Below the pieces are notes generated by a model. The model saw only the letters and a program-made list of their open reading frames with translations. It was not told the DNA's origin and ran no database searches. Below, piece by piece: positions 1 through 11,500 of a DNA stretch of 64,000 bases. Position numbers and translations under genes: made by a program. Position 1 is the first letter of the stretch; every line of letters begins with the position of its first letter. This DNA is from Chrysemys picta bellii (Eukaryota): contig NC_088791.1 of assembly GCF_011386835.1 (NCBI RefSeq), positions 182,094,001 through 182,158,000 of the forward strand, given 5' to 3'.

Positions 1-1691
1 ACACATTATGGTCATATCAGCACATATACTATTCCTAACAATTTTAATAGATTCTTGTTCACGAACCTGCCCTACATAAAACAGTAAATTAGAAATTCTG
101 AAAATCAGTGATGGGATTGCTACTTAGTGTTAGTTGGTGCTCTGATGTGTACCACCCACACTACCCAGCTGGTCCAGGGAGATTATATCATTAGGAGTGC
201 TCTGTTAACCTTCATCTTCCATGCAAAGCAGAAAGCTAAAAGAAAAACAAGAGAAAGTTTTGAGATTTAATTTAAAATAAATAATTTAAAATTCCTGACA
301 TTCTTCCTAATAATAGAAGCAGGGCTTTCAGAAGCCTTGGATGATGATGCACAATATTTATCTCAAAAAGAAACACCATGAAATTCAGAATAATGATGTA
401 TGTTTTCTCTTTTCCATTTTTCTGTGTTCTGATAGCCTGGTCACTCTGTTTCTTATTTTTACTATAATTAATATTTGCACATAGCATGCCAGGTATGTCT
501 GGTGCTTACAAAAAGAATACAGACATGGACCTTGTCTGAGAGGTCTACCAAGCTAGTGCCCCGTTGTGCATAGATTAGGCAATGGAATTACTGTCACTGA
601 ATAGTTAAGCATATGTGTAAATCTTTGCAGGTTGGAGCCTAGATTAGCTATGATATGAAGCAAGAGGGACTAAATTAGGTTAATGAGGGATGTTGAAACA
701 AAATCAGGTTATGAGGTTGCTTGTTTTACAGTATGTGGAGCTTGTACTTTTTTTTTCCTCATTAGTTTAAAATGAATTAAATCAGAAGATACTAGGTGGG
801 GAGTGTGGGTCAACTGTGTAGCTAGCTATGTTTGCAAAGCTCACTCTTCCACTGTTCTAAAAGTAGGAGATGATTTGCTTGTTTACAGAATTTAGGGCTA
901 GATATGCAAAAGTCTGCAGTTTTTCAGAAGTGTTCAAATTCTTGTGAGAATGAGTAAAAATGGGTCTGTTTCATTCTTTTAACTGTCTCATGAAGTCATA
1001 GAACTGATGTTGCTTAACTAAAGGAATAGATTTAACTATTCTTTATCTATTTTTATTTATTTTTTTTACTTATTTGTTATGCCAGCATCAACTAATGGAA
1101 AAAAAATATGAGAACACATTGAATGTAGATTAAGAAACTATGCATAAATTTTAAACACGTCAAAGCAGTAACAATCCACATTTCCCAAATTACCATGGTG
1201 AAAGCTAATGTATGACAACTTTATTCCTGGAAAGTGACTTTGTTGATATATTTCAAGTATTTCAAAACAGGACCTTATTTGTGCCAATTAACTTTAAACT
1301 CTGACAGAGCTAATAAAAGAAATGGACATTTTTGATTACTCCATCACAAATTCACCAAGGTGATCCTCACAGATCAATCTATGCTAGTCCACCTTTTTTT
1401 ACATTCTCACTAAGAAATGATACCTGGGTGTTGATGAACACATCTGATCACTGTAAGCTATTTCCTAAAACCAATGAAGCTTGCCAGCTAAGCCCCCAGT
1501 CTTGCAGAAGGTTCTCTGTATGGAGATCCCTGTGCATGTGTGGAGCCAGTTGCAGGATCAGAGCCGAAGGACAGCTCTCAAGTTACTTTCTCAATATTAA
1601 GTCTCAAAACTTGTAAGAACACATATATAGATATGAATATAAATATAAAAATCATTGCATTCAAACAAGTGAGATATTACACTGATGCAAC

Positions 1692-1983
1692 TATAACCTG
1701 CACACCTCCTGGGTGTGGTGCTCAGTCCCATGTACTGGCATTGAGACCACTTAGATATTAATGAGTCAACTACAGCCTTCCCACTTGCAATCCTGACAGA
1801 CTCTGGTCATTGGCAGGCGGGATCGAATGTGGGGCCTTTGGAGCTAAATGCATGAGCTTCTGCTGCATGAGCTAAAAGCCACATGGCTATTAGTTAAAGC
1901 TGTAGCAGACTCATTAATCTCTAAGTGGTCTTGCTGCCACTAAAGGGGACAGAGCACCACACCCAGGAGGTGTGTGAGTTACA
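1692..1983. mobile_element. Fold-back element with ~88-bp inverted arms enclosing a tRNA-like segment
   Basis: Arms 1692-1779 and 1896-1983 are reverse complements (about 15 mismatches in 88 by eye). Termini are tataac...gttaca. The interior on the minus strand reads tagctcatgcagcaga...cattcgatcccgcc (A-box/B-box-like). Confidence 0.8.
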
Positions 1984-3553
1984 CAGCATTCCACATTCTC
2001 CATTTGAAAGCAGTAATTTCTCCAATATGCAATTGTGAATAGAATGTGTTATACCAACTGTGTAACCTTGAGATGGTCTTTAAGAGACTGCTCTAGTCCA
2101 GTGTTGTGAGTTATCATGATTTTAGCACAAGTCTCACAATATTTGGGGGCAGTCACTGAAGTCAGCAGACCTATGGCAATTTACATCAACTGAGGATTTT
2201 TCCCTTGGTGTTTTTCTTAAAGCCCAATGTAACCCAAGAACCTCTGAATGCCAACTGCCAGAGGATCAGGCCTGCCAACGGGGTGGGGGAGGCAAAGAGG
2301 CCAATTGCCCAGGGACCCAGTTTTTTAAAAGGGGCCGGGTGATGGGAGGGAGACCTATTTTTTAATAAAAATTAAGATTAAAAAAAAAAGAAATCCAGTT
2401 TCCTGCTACTGCTATTCTGTACCGAGCGCCATCACTCATTGTGACAGTAACAGTTTGCCAGAGTGCTGCTGTGCCCCGCTGGTTTGCCAGTCTGGCAGTG
2501 CATCAGCAACTGCAGCTTGGGAACTGCAGCGCTTGCTGCCTCCTTTGGCTGCTCGGGGGCTGCTGTGCCTGCCATGCTGGCTCTCCAGGTGCAGAGCTGA
2601 GGACAGGGAGATTTTAAAGAGGAACAAGCATCCTCAGCGCAACCAGATTTCCCCCCCCAGATTTTCCTTTCCCTCCCTTGCCAAACACAAGCCAACAAGT
2701 TCAGCCACCCAATAGAGCAGCTGTAAGTTTGCCAAGAGGCAACTGGGGCTAGTCCCCCCTTCGCTGCCGCTAGCACTGGCTTACGAGCCACTATCCAAGT
2801 GCAGGATGAGGGGTCCCTTCTATTGCTCAGTCAGGGAACGAGGCGTGGGTTTTCACTCTGCTTTCACCTTTGGCTGCCTCCTTGGAAATCTCCTGGTATA
2901 TGTGGTGCACCATGCCTGCCGTCTCCTCATTGCTCTGGGGGTCGATGTCTCACAGCATCAGCAGCGCAAGTATTGTATTGCATATTTTAACTTTGTTGGT
3001 CAGATTCAGTTACATCTTATATATTTTTTTCTTTAGATTATACATGAATCACGATTAAGTGTTTTGTTAGCCCACTTGATACATTAGGTGTTTTCTTTCT
3101 TCGTGCTTCTTTAAATGTTTTATGTATTAATTAATTTAATTCCATACTTTATTTATTTAATTTAAATATATAATTCAAAACAACAAATTCTACATCTTAT
3201 TTTCAGGCTCACAATTTGTTTAATACTGGTGCTGTAACTGGGGGGAAAGTTAATTAGATTAAGCAACACCACAATTTATGCATAGTGGGTTCTAATGTGT
3301 TAGCAATAGGATAAAAAGTAGTGTCTTAAACCTCAGCAATCCCTTTCTGGGAAGTGTCAGACCAAGTGCTTGGAGTCACATGATTACATCTGAATCTCAG
3401 CTTACTTTTTTAATGAAAGTTTCTAGCTATCGTCACAGAGAAAAGCTTGAAAATGTGAACCATAAAGATGCAAATTGAAAGGCAAATTAAAAAAACCCCT
3501 TTTTTAATCTCCTGATTTTAAGCCAATATTTGTGTGGGTAATTCATAATTGCT

Positions 3554-3690
3554 AGGTTTCAGAGTAGCAGCCGTGTTAGTCTGTATCCACAAAAAGAACA
3601 GGAGTACTTGTGGCACCTTAGAGACTAACAGATTTATTTGAGCATAAGCTTTCATGGGCTACAGCCCACTTCATCGACTCCTGTTCTTTT
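3554..3690. mobile_element. Miniature Penelope-like pLTR insertion (inverted pLTR piece plus short T-ended tail)
   Basis: Starts aggtttcagagtagcagccgtgttagtc, like the 35486 element. Flanks are ttcataattgct (3542-3553) and ttcataattggt (3691-3702), an 11/12 TSD. Contains a 5'-truncated hammerhead on the minus strand (3642-3676). Confidence 0.88.
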
Positions 3691-3725
3691 TTCATAATTG
3701 GTAATGCAGCTATTGCTATTGATTA

Positions 3726-4232
3726 GGGTCCAGATCCCCAAATGGACTACTGAGTATTGCAACACCTAATTTTTAGGTATCTAGAAAATCCTAGACACTG
3801 AGATCCACAAAGCCTGAGTTACGTGCATAGGCTCCCTATACAATGCAAAGGGAGAGATATGCACCTAAAAATGTGATCCACAAATACCAACATGCTGATG
3901 GAGGGGAGAGGGGCCCTAGGTCCAGACTCAAGTCTCTGCTTATGACCAACAACTGGAGTCAGGCAACTTAGGTGCTTAAGCTGTTCTTTGTGAGGGTGAT
4001 TTAACTACCTGTCTCACTCCACACAAAATGGCTCAGGGGGTAAAGCCCACCTTATATTTTTTAGCCCAGTGGCTAGAGCACTCACAGGCAATATGGGAGA
4101 CCAGAGTTCAAGTTCTCCATCTCCATCATCATCCCTGGTGAGAGCTGTAACGTCTAGGCTAAAAGTTTCAAGGAGGACACCGCCGTATTTTAATATTAGG
4201 CATGCTCACAGCAATTCTACCAATTCAGGCCC
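3726..4232. mobile_element. Old degenerate non-autonomous DNA-transposon-like element carrying a tRNA-like cassette
   Basis: Weak termini gggtccagatcc...caattcaggccc after tta. Repeated gatccacaaa and gcacctaa/ttaggtgc motifs. tRNA-like segment at 4062-4115. Confidence 0.45.
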
Positions 4233-5120
4233 ACAAGGAAGATAGGCCCTATTTAACTTTATTTACAGTTCATCCAGCATTTGGAGCTGTTAACTCCAAA
4301 CACACAAGAAGGAGATGACTGATACAATTATAGTCCAAAATGACCTTTTTTTATTGACTTGTTCATCACAGGTATGTTAGCTGGCTTCTAAAATACAAAC
4401 ACATTTAATGTGAACATTTGTATTGCTACAACAGGGAACCTGCAACTCCAGAGTTTTCAAATGACTTGTATGTCCCAAAAAGCATATCATTAAAGACAGT
4501 GGAGTGTTCCTTCTCTTGTTCTGACACCGTGTCTCTCTCTGTTGTTGTGTTGAGGTTTACGCCGGGTAATCTGATTTGCCAGTGATTATACGATGTCTTA
4601 AACCCTCAGGTTCTTAAGAAAGGGCAGATCCTCTAATTTTTCTCTAAATTATCCCAGATGTTACCAGCAGAAACTGGAGAGGGATAGAACACATCCAGGA
4701 AGGGAAAAAGGGAGGAGGAGAACTGAGAAAGAAAAGAGGAGATGGGGAAATGATTAGATTTTAAAATCAAAACTGCCATGACCCCACAGAAAAGTAAAGC
4801 AAATGGGCACTTTAATGATGTTGTTTTAAAAGTTTCATCAGGAATTTAAGATTTTTTTTTTATTTTTTATTTTGAAAACACCTTTTTAAATAGTTGATAA
4901 AAGCCCTCAGAATAAGCTATTATACTATGCTATTCACAGTGCTCCCAATCGGAGGAAGTGGAGTGTGGTACTTAGCCAAGGGTTGGCTCAGCCCACTACC
5001 ACAATTAAACTGGCAGTCTAATACAGCCCAGGATAACTTTTTCAGAATTGTTCTTATTGCAATTTTTACCAGAAATAATATAGCAGTGAGGATCAGATTA
5101 CTATTTTCTCTCTAGTATGT

Positions 5121-5224
5121 TAGAGAGACAAGGTGAGTGAGGTAATATCTTTTATTGGACCAGCTTCTGTTGGTGAGAGAGATGATTTTGAGCTCACACA
5201 GAGCTTTTCTTCAGGTCAGGGAAA
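5121..5224 (-). mobile_element. Decayed Penelope-like pLTR fragment (second family) with hammerhead relic
   Basis: Minus strand reads gacCTGAAGAaaagctctgtgtgagctcaaaa: CUGAnGA core plus stem II, but the GAAA box is lost. The family assignment is from memory of PLE pLTRs. Confidence 0.55.
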
Positions 5225-5433
5225 TGTATTCAAAATGGCACTGGTAAATGCAAGCCACATTTATTTTAACTATTTTGTTTCTAAAGACAGTGCACAGGGG
5301 ATTATCAGTAGAATAGGTAAAGTTTAAAATGTAGGATGCTGGTTCAAATCCAACCCAGTTTAGAAATCACCTAAAGTCCAACATCTTCTTGCTGTTTAAT
5401 AGTCAATTTTAAATTGATTGATTTTTCTTGATC

Positions 5434-6350
5434 TAGAGTTGCCAGGTGTCCGGTTTTAGACCAGAACACCCAATCAAAAAGGAACCCTGGCGATTCCAGT
5501 TGGCACCGCCAAAAGTCCGGTTGGCGGCGCAGCAGGGGTCTGGGGCTAAGGCAGGCTTCCTGCCTGCTCTAGCCGCGTGCCTCCCGGAAGTGACTGCCAG
5601 GTCCATGGGCTAATTGGCAGCCAGGGAGGCTCTGCACGCTGTCTCCGCCCTAAGTGCAGGCTCCGCAGCTCCCATTGGCCAAGAACTGCAGCCAATGGAG
5701 CTGTGGGGGCAGCGCCTGTGGGCACAAGGGCAGCTCATGGAGCCTCCCTGGCTGTCCATGCACCATGGGGACAAAGGGACCTGGTGGCCGCTTCCTGGGA
5801 GCCATGGTAAACACCACCGGGACCCCACACCCTCTCCTGCACCCCAAACATCTCATACCCAGCCCAACCCCAGAGCCCACAACCCCAGCTGGAGCCTGCA
5901 CCCCCCCCCCCGCACTCCAAACCCCTTGGCCTCAGCTTGGAGCCCCCTCCTGCATCCCTAACCCCTCATCCCCAGCTCCACCCCAGAGCTCACACACCCA
6001 GCCAGAGCCTTCACCTCTGCCCTGCACCCCAACCTCCTACCCCAGCGTGGAGCCCTCTCCCATACCCTGAATCCCTCATTTCTGGGCCCACCCAGAGCCC
6101 ACAACCCCAGCCCAAAGCCCATACCCCATACCCCAAACCCCTCATCCCCAGCCCCACCCCCAGCTGAAGCCCTCGCCCATCTCTCACACCCCAAACCCTT
6201 GCCCCAGCCCGGTGAAAGTGAGTGAGAGTGGGGGAGAGCAAGCGACAGAAGGAGGGGGGATGGAGCAGGTGGGACCTCAGAGAAGAGGAAGGGCCTCAGG
6301 GAAGGTGCAGAGATGTTTGGTTTTGTGCAATTAGAAAGTTGGCAACCCTA
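5434..6350. mobile_element. Non-autonomous hAT (Blackjack-like TIR) element with C-rich repetitive interior
   Basis: TIRs tagagttgcca / ttggcaacccta. 8-bp TSD tcttgatc (5426-5433) / tcttcatc (6351-6358). Confidence 0.85.
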
Positions 6351-6466
6351 TCTTCATCCTAGTGAGCAGGTATTCACACAACAAAACATATTGTTACAGT
6401 TGACCTCTCCTTTCCCCATTTGGCAGCCTCTGATCACAGAGGCTACACAGTGAGTGGGCATAGAGG

Positions 6467-6907
6467 CAGGGCCAGCTCTAGGCACCAGCGCTCCAAGCAT
6501 GTGCTTGGGGCGATACTCCGGCTCCTTTTTTTTTTTTTTTTTTTGCTTGGGGCACAAAAAGCCAGGAGCTGGCCCTGAGCGGAGGTGAGTTGCAGTGGTG
6601 GGGGGCGCGGGCCGCAGGAAGTAACCCAGGGGGGCAGAGGAACCACTCCCCCCCCAGCTCACCTCCGCTCCACTGCCGCCCGCTCCCCCGAGTGTGCCAC
6701 CGCCCCACTTCTCCCCCCTCCCTCCCAGGCTTGCCTGGGAGGGAGAGGTAGGAGGGGAAATGCGGCGCACCCGGGGGAGGAGGTGGGGCTGGGGATTTGG
6801 GGAAGGGGTTGGAATGGGGCAGGGAAGGGGCGAAGTTGGGGCGGGGCTGGGGGGGCACGGGAAAATGTTTTTTGCTTGGGGCAGCAAAAATCTTGGAGCT
6901 GGCCCTG
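6467..6907. mobile_element. Non-autonomous hAT-type element with an extra internal right TIR
   Basis: TIRs cagggccagctct / ggagctggccctg. 8-bp TSD catagagg (6459-6466) / catggagg (6908-6915). A second ggagctggccctg ends at 6577. Confidence 0.82.
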
Positions 6908-7113
6908 CATGGAGGCTGGCCTACTTTCTCACCACTGGCCACTCCATTTCAAGGCTGAAGCAAATTAACAAAGCAGGGTGGGGCAAGTTTCGGGTGCTGT
7001 TGCTGCTTGTGCCGTTCCTGTTCTCTGGATAAATAGAGGTCTTCAGTTCATAGGGTTGTAAATCTGTCCACTTTTAGAAATGCTACAGTTACTTAATTTT
7101 GTTGAAGAGAAGT

Positions 7114-7114
<1 letters not shown>

Positions 7115-7177
<63 letters not shown>

Positions 7178-7197
7178 TGAGTGAGAGAGAGAGAGAG
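7115..7197. repeat. (GT)n microsatellite grading into (GAGT)/(GA)n
   Basis: About 30 GT units followed by gagtgagtgagagagagagagag, read directly. Confidence 0.98.
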
Positions 7198-8493
7198 TTA
7201 GCCAGGGTAAGTGAAGCAGGGAGCATGAAAGGAGGGTTAGATTGAGGAATTGGGATGAAAATGGGGGAGGGTCAGGATGGAATATGGAGGGTCAGACAGA
7301 CCAGGATAGGGCCAAATCTGATGCATTCTCCTTCCTGCCCAGACACCAAGTGAGAATTCTGTATTCAAGAGAGGATAAAATTTAAGATTTCCTTGGCCAA
7401 TCAGATTCCACTTTTTAACTTGTATTTCCTCAACTATCAGTGATTGATGATAAAGCTTCATAATTCACTTCTCAATAAGAGTCATACTTCCCTGAATGCT
7501 ACTTTTCCATTCTATCTGGCTGTAGCCTCATCTGGTCACCCACACATGTATTTACGTTGTCAGTGTTCTCTTGCTAGATAGGAAAATGAAAATGAAAATG
7601 AAGGTCTAGATATTACCCTCTGCCCTTCCTCTCCCCCCCCCCCCCCAAAAAAAAAAAAAAAAAACCTGTACAAACTCTCTAATTGATTAAATGCACCAGA
7701 GCAGTATGGAAAATGATCAATGAAAATATTGATAGGAAAAAAAAGTTATTTTTTCCTATGAAAAATCTCATACTATTTTCCTTTATCCCTCCCCCAGTCA
7801 GCTCCATAAACATTGGCAATTCAAGTCACTGGAAATAATGTATTTTTCTATGTTGTGTATAATATATATTAGAATTATTGTTATGTTAGAATTAATGAGC
7901 ATCTATGATGATATGTAAAAATTGGTACTTCCATCTAATTTTGACACAACGTTATTTTCTTCATGAATAATAGCTTAACTGTTTGAGATGTATAGTAATG
8001 ATATGAAATATCTTCTGCAAGCACTTAAAACTACCGCTAAAGTAAGATTTCAAAACATCCACAATGCCTATTTATGAGCAGAAAAGGAAACAAAACATAT
8101 TATTTTGCTGAAGTGGAGATTAGAGCTTATTGAAAACTTTCTGTCAAAATGTTTGTGTGTCCCCCAGGAAAAAAAAGAAAAATGGCTTTTTTTGTTTAAA
8201 CAAGCTTCTTGGGAGAGAGGGGAAACAGTTTATCAAAAATGTTTGGATTTTTCAACAAAACTCCAAAAATAAAATAATTTTCTTTTGATTAAAAGAGGTA
8301 AGAGCAGCAGAAGTACAAACATTAAACACCTGAAATGAGGGTGTTGGCGAAGAGAGAATAGGATTTAAGATATATATTTGTCAATGTCCGTTATGTTTAA
8401 TGTCCAGTCCTGTGAGTTGATTTGAATTGAGAACACTCATCACGTTTCAGGATATGGCCCTTAAAAAAGGCTTTTCTATGAAATGTGAAGGAA

Positions 8494-8539
8494 GGACTAG
8501 ATGACATCTGAGGTCCCTTCCAGTCCTACATTTCTATGA
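8494..8539 (+). mobile_element. Extremely 5'-truncated CR1 3' tail
   Basis: ggactagatgacatctgaggtcccttccagtcctacatttctatga matches the CR1 3' end ending in TTCTATGA. Confidence 0.7.
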
Positions 8540-11500
8540 AAATACATATGAGCATATTTTTTAATATTAGTGAGAGAGAATACCTTGCCATTTATTGTGA
8601 TACAGAAAACACGGAGAAAACAAAATATTGATAAGCAGACACTTTTTAAAAAGAAAGAGAAGCAAGTGGTTTGTTTCCATGATAAGTGAATTCACAGCAG
8701 TTACCTTGGCATAGAAAAATGCAAGAGATATTTTTATTTTGTCCCAGGATGAATCAGCACATATTCTGGCAGACTGTTTTCAAACATAGTGCCATCTGTA
8801 ACTTGTGCAAAAAGGCTCTGCCAAAAAAAAAAAAAAAAAAAAAAAACCCTTTGATCAATCACTTATCCAGACAAGCCAGGACAAATAGTTGTTTCTGATT
8901 TATCTGAATTTGACCAGGATCAGTCTGATCACAGCAGGAAATTGTATTTATTATAAGTTTACAAAGAATCCAGTACAGTTTCTTCTGGGCACCATTTATA
9001 TAATCAAATTGCAATACTTTCCCCGTCTACGCCACACGCTATCATCAAATGAGTCTGTTGTTCACTCTCTGACTCCTGTACTTACAGCAAAACAGCTAAC
9101 AAGGCCAGTGGCACAGGGGGATACTAATAACCACAGAAGGGGGAAAGCCAGCCCAAAGACCTGTCCTGCATCATGATTTAAAACTTGGAAAGAAAGGGAT
9201 GAGACAAGCTGCAACTAACAGTTCACTGCAGTGCCAAGATCTGCCAGTTGGCAATCACCTCTCATGTAAAGTACCATAAAGATCAATAGTAGAAACATAG
9301 ATGCCAAGATGACCATAGAAGGGGAGGCCATCTGAGAGGAAAAGGTACTTAGATCTGTTAAGCATTTACATATGACATGTTCCCAATGTGAGTGGCAGGC
9401 CTCCACAGACGGTGTGGTGATTTTAACTGCATGTGCCTATTCGGTGAGGGGAGGAAGGGACGAGAAACAAGGCACTCTAAGCTACAGAAGCGGCTCCTTT
9501 CCTTCCCTATGTCTATAGGGGCCTGATTCCAAACACAACAAGGCCAATTGGAGGCTTTCCATTGACTTCAGTGAGTATTGGATCAGGAACTAGAAAGAGG
9601 GAGGGTGATGAGTGTAGCAGCAGGCAGTGCCAGTGGAAAGAAGAAAAGTCATGGCTATGAGGAAGGCTCCGAGCACCACTGCAGAAGCACTCCTTTAACA
9701 ATCTTCTACAGTTCTTTCCCTCAGGACCAGCTATCCCACACATTACACACTTTCTCATGGGGAGCTCCAGAAAGTGCTGTGCCTGAGAGAGATCAAGCCT
9801 ACTGAACTATTAGCTAATGAAAGGGGAGCAGGACCATAGGCCAACCTAATCTCTGCCCCGTTCTCACCACTTGAGGTCCAAGACATGCTGGAAGGGAGCA
9901 GACCCTGTGCTTAGCGTAATGCAGAGCTAATTGTGGCCAGATACTGCTCAGGTGGCACAAAAAGAAGAGAATTGCACCCTCTCCCACTTGCCCACCTGTG
10001 TTAAACACAATCTGGCTCTTTGTAGGTATACATAAGCAAATATACTTCTAATGACTCCCTTATTTACTCACACTGGAAAATAGCTCAATTATTTTTTGAG
10101 TGGTTTGTTACATGGCTAATTGGCCACCTGCAAATAAATATGTGTTGCCAGACTATATTGCTAATCACTAGCAGGGTGGAGGGATATTTCCTTTGCAGTG
10201 GGAGAAGACTTGCACTACCACAAATATTAGTATCCCAGAAAATCATTCCTTATTTATCAATAAAAGTAGTTTTTAAATGTAACATTTCATTGATTGATGT
10301 GAACCATTGCTTTAAGTAATAGAGTGTGTTCATTACTGGAACATAAAATTACTTGATTAAAACATTTCAAGAAAACAAGGATATTGTGATCTAAATGCTG
10401 TTCTTAAACATCTCATTTGATAAAAGTAGTTTTGAGTATTTTTGGTGGATAGGTAGCTTGTTAGCCATACACAGGGGCACCCTGGCACAGATGTGCTGCA
10501 GAATTTTTACGTCTGTACTGGCAAGTACCTTCTTCCAAATATTGCAGAACTTCCTGAGGGCTCAGTCCTGCAAACACTTGCTAATGAACATGACACTTAC
10601 TACTGCAACTAATCCCATTTGTTTTGTTCCTCATCCTGCAAGTGATTTCTTCAGGTAGACTCCTGCACGTGCACAGATCAATTTGTCACATGGAGGCCTT
10701 TGTTTGGAGCAATTTACCATTACTTTGGTGTCAGAGTACAGTTCACTGTTAGAGCACTTTGTTTTGAGATATGTCAAGATAAATCTCATCAGCAATGACA
10801 CAGAGTTACAACAGTGACAGCATGACATTAAGTTCCTGAAGATAAAAAAACAAAAACCAAAACACTGTTACATGAATAAATAACCACTATTGTGCCTAGA
10901 TATTGTTACACAGGAGGACAGTAATGTTGCCTATTGTTTTGAAAAACCTGCAATAACAGGGGGGGATATAAGGACAAAGATATCCCTTGATCACTTATGT
11001 TCTTTTCTATTTATGGATTTAAGTCTTCTATATCATGCTTCTCCACTTATTTTTAATTATTTTAATATATCTATCTATATAGATAGATATATATGCTATT
11101 GAGACACTATAGGTACTGTCCTCCCTTTATAGAGTCAATGAACTGGTTAAGATTTGTGTAAGTTTTGTATTATGTGTAATAGAAATCCATAGTATACAAT
11201 GTAACATCTCATTGTATAATACATGCTAATATTAAGTTTTACACATGCTCAGACCCTTTAAAACAAATGTAACTATTCTGATGGCTCTCATGTACAGCTG
11301 CAGTCAGGGTGTATGGTGAGAGGAGAGAGAAAGGAATGGGACTCGAGGAGCCATTATCAATGTCACTTTCCCAGTTGTCATGCTCAACAGAAGGGCTATG
11401 ACTGCCACTGCTATCTCAGAGAACATTGCCCTTGCAAAAGCCTGCAAAGGAGACACCCAAGGCCCTGATCCTAAGAACAGTTCTGTGAACCTCATTGCAA

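Noticed and set aside
5577-7032. Many overlapping Pro/Gly-rich ORFs of up to 177 aa
   Set aside because: They lie inside TSD-flanked GC-rich MITEs, where low-complexity sequence avoids stops in all frames.
9600-9680. Possible C/D-box snoRNA (GTGATGA...CCGA with ggtg/cacc ends)
   Set aside because: The D box is non-canonical and no recognisable rRNA guide is present.
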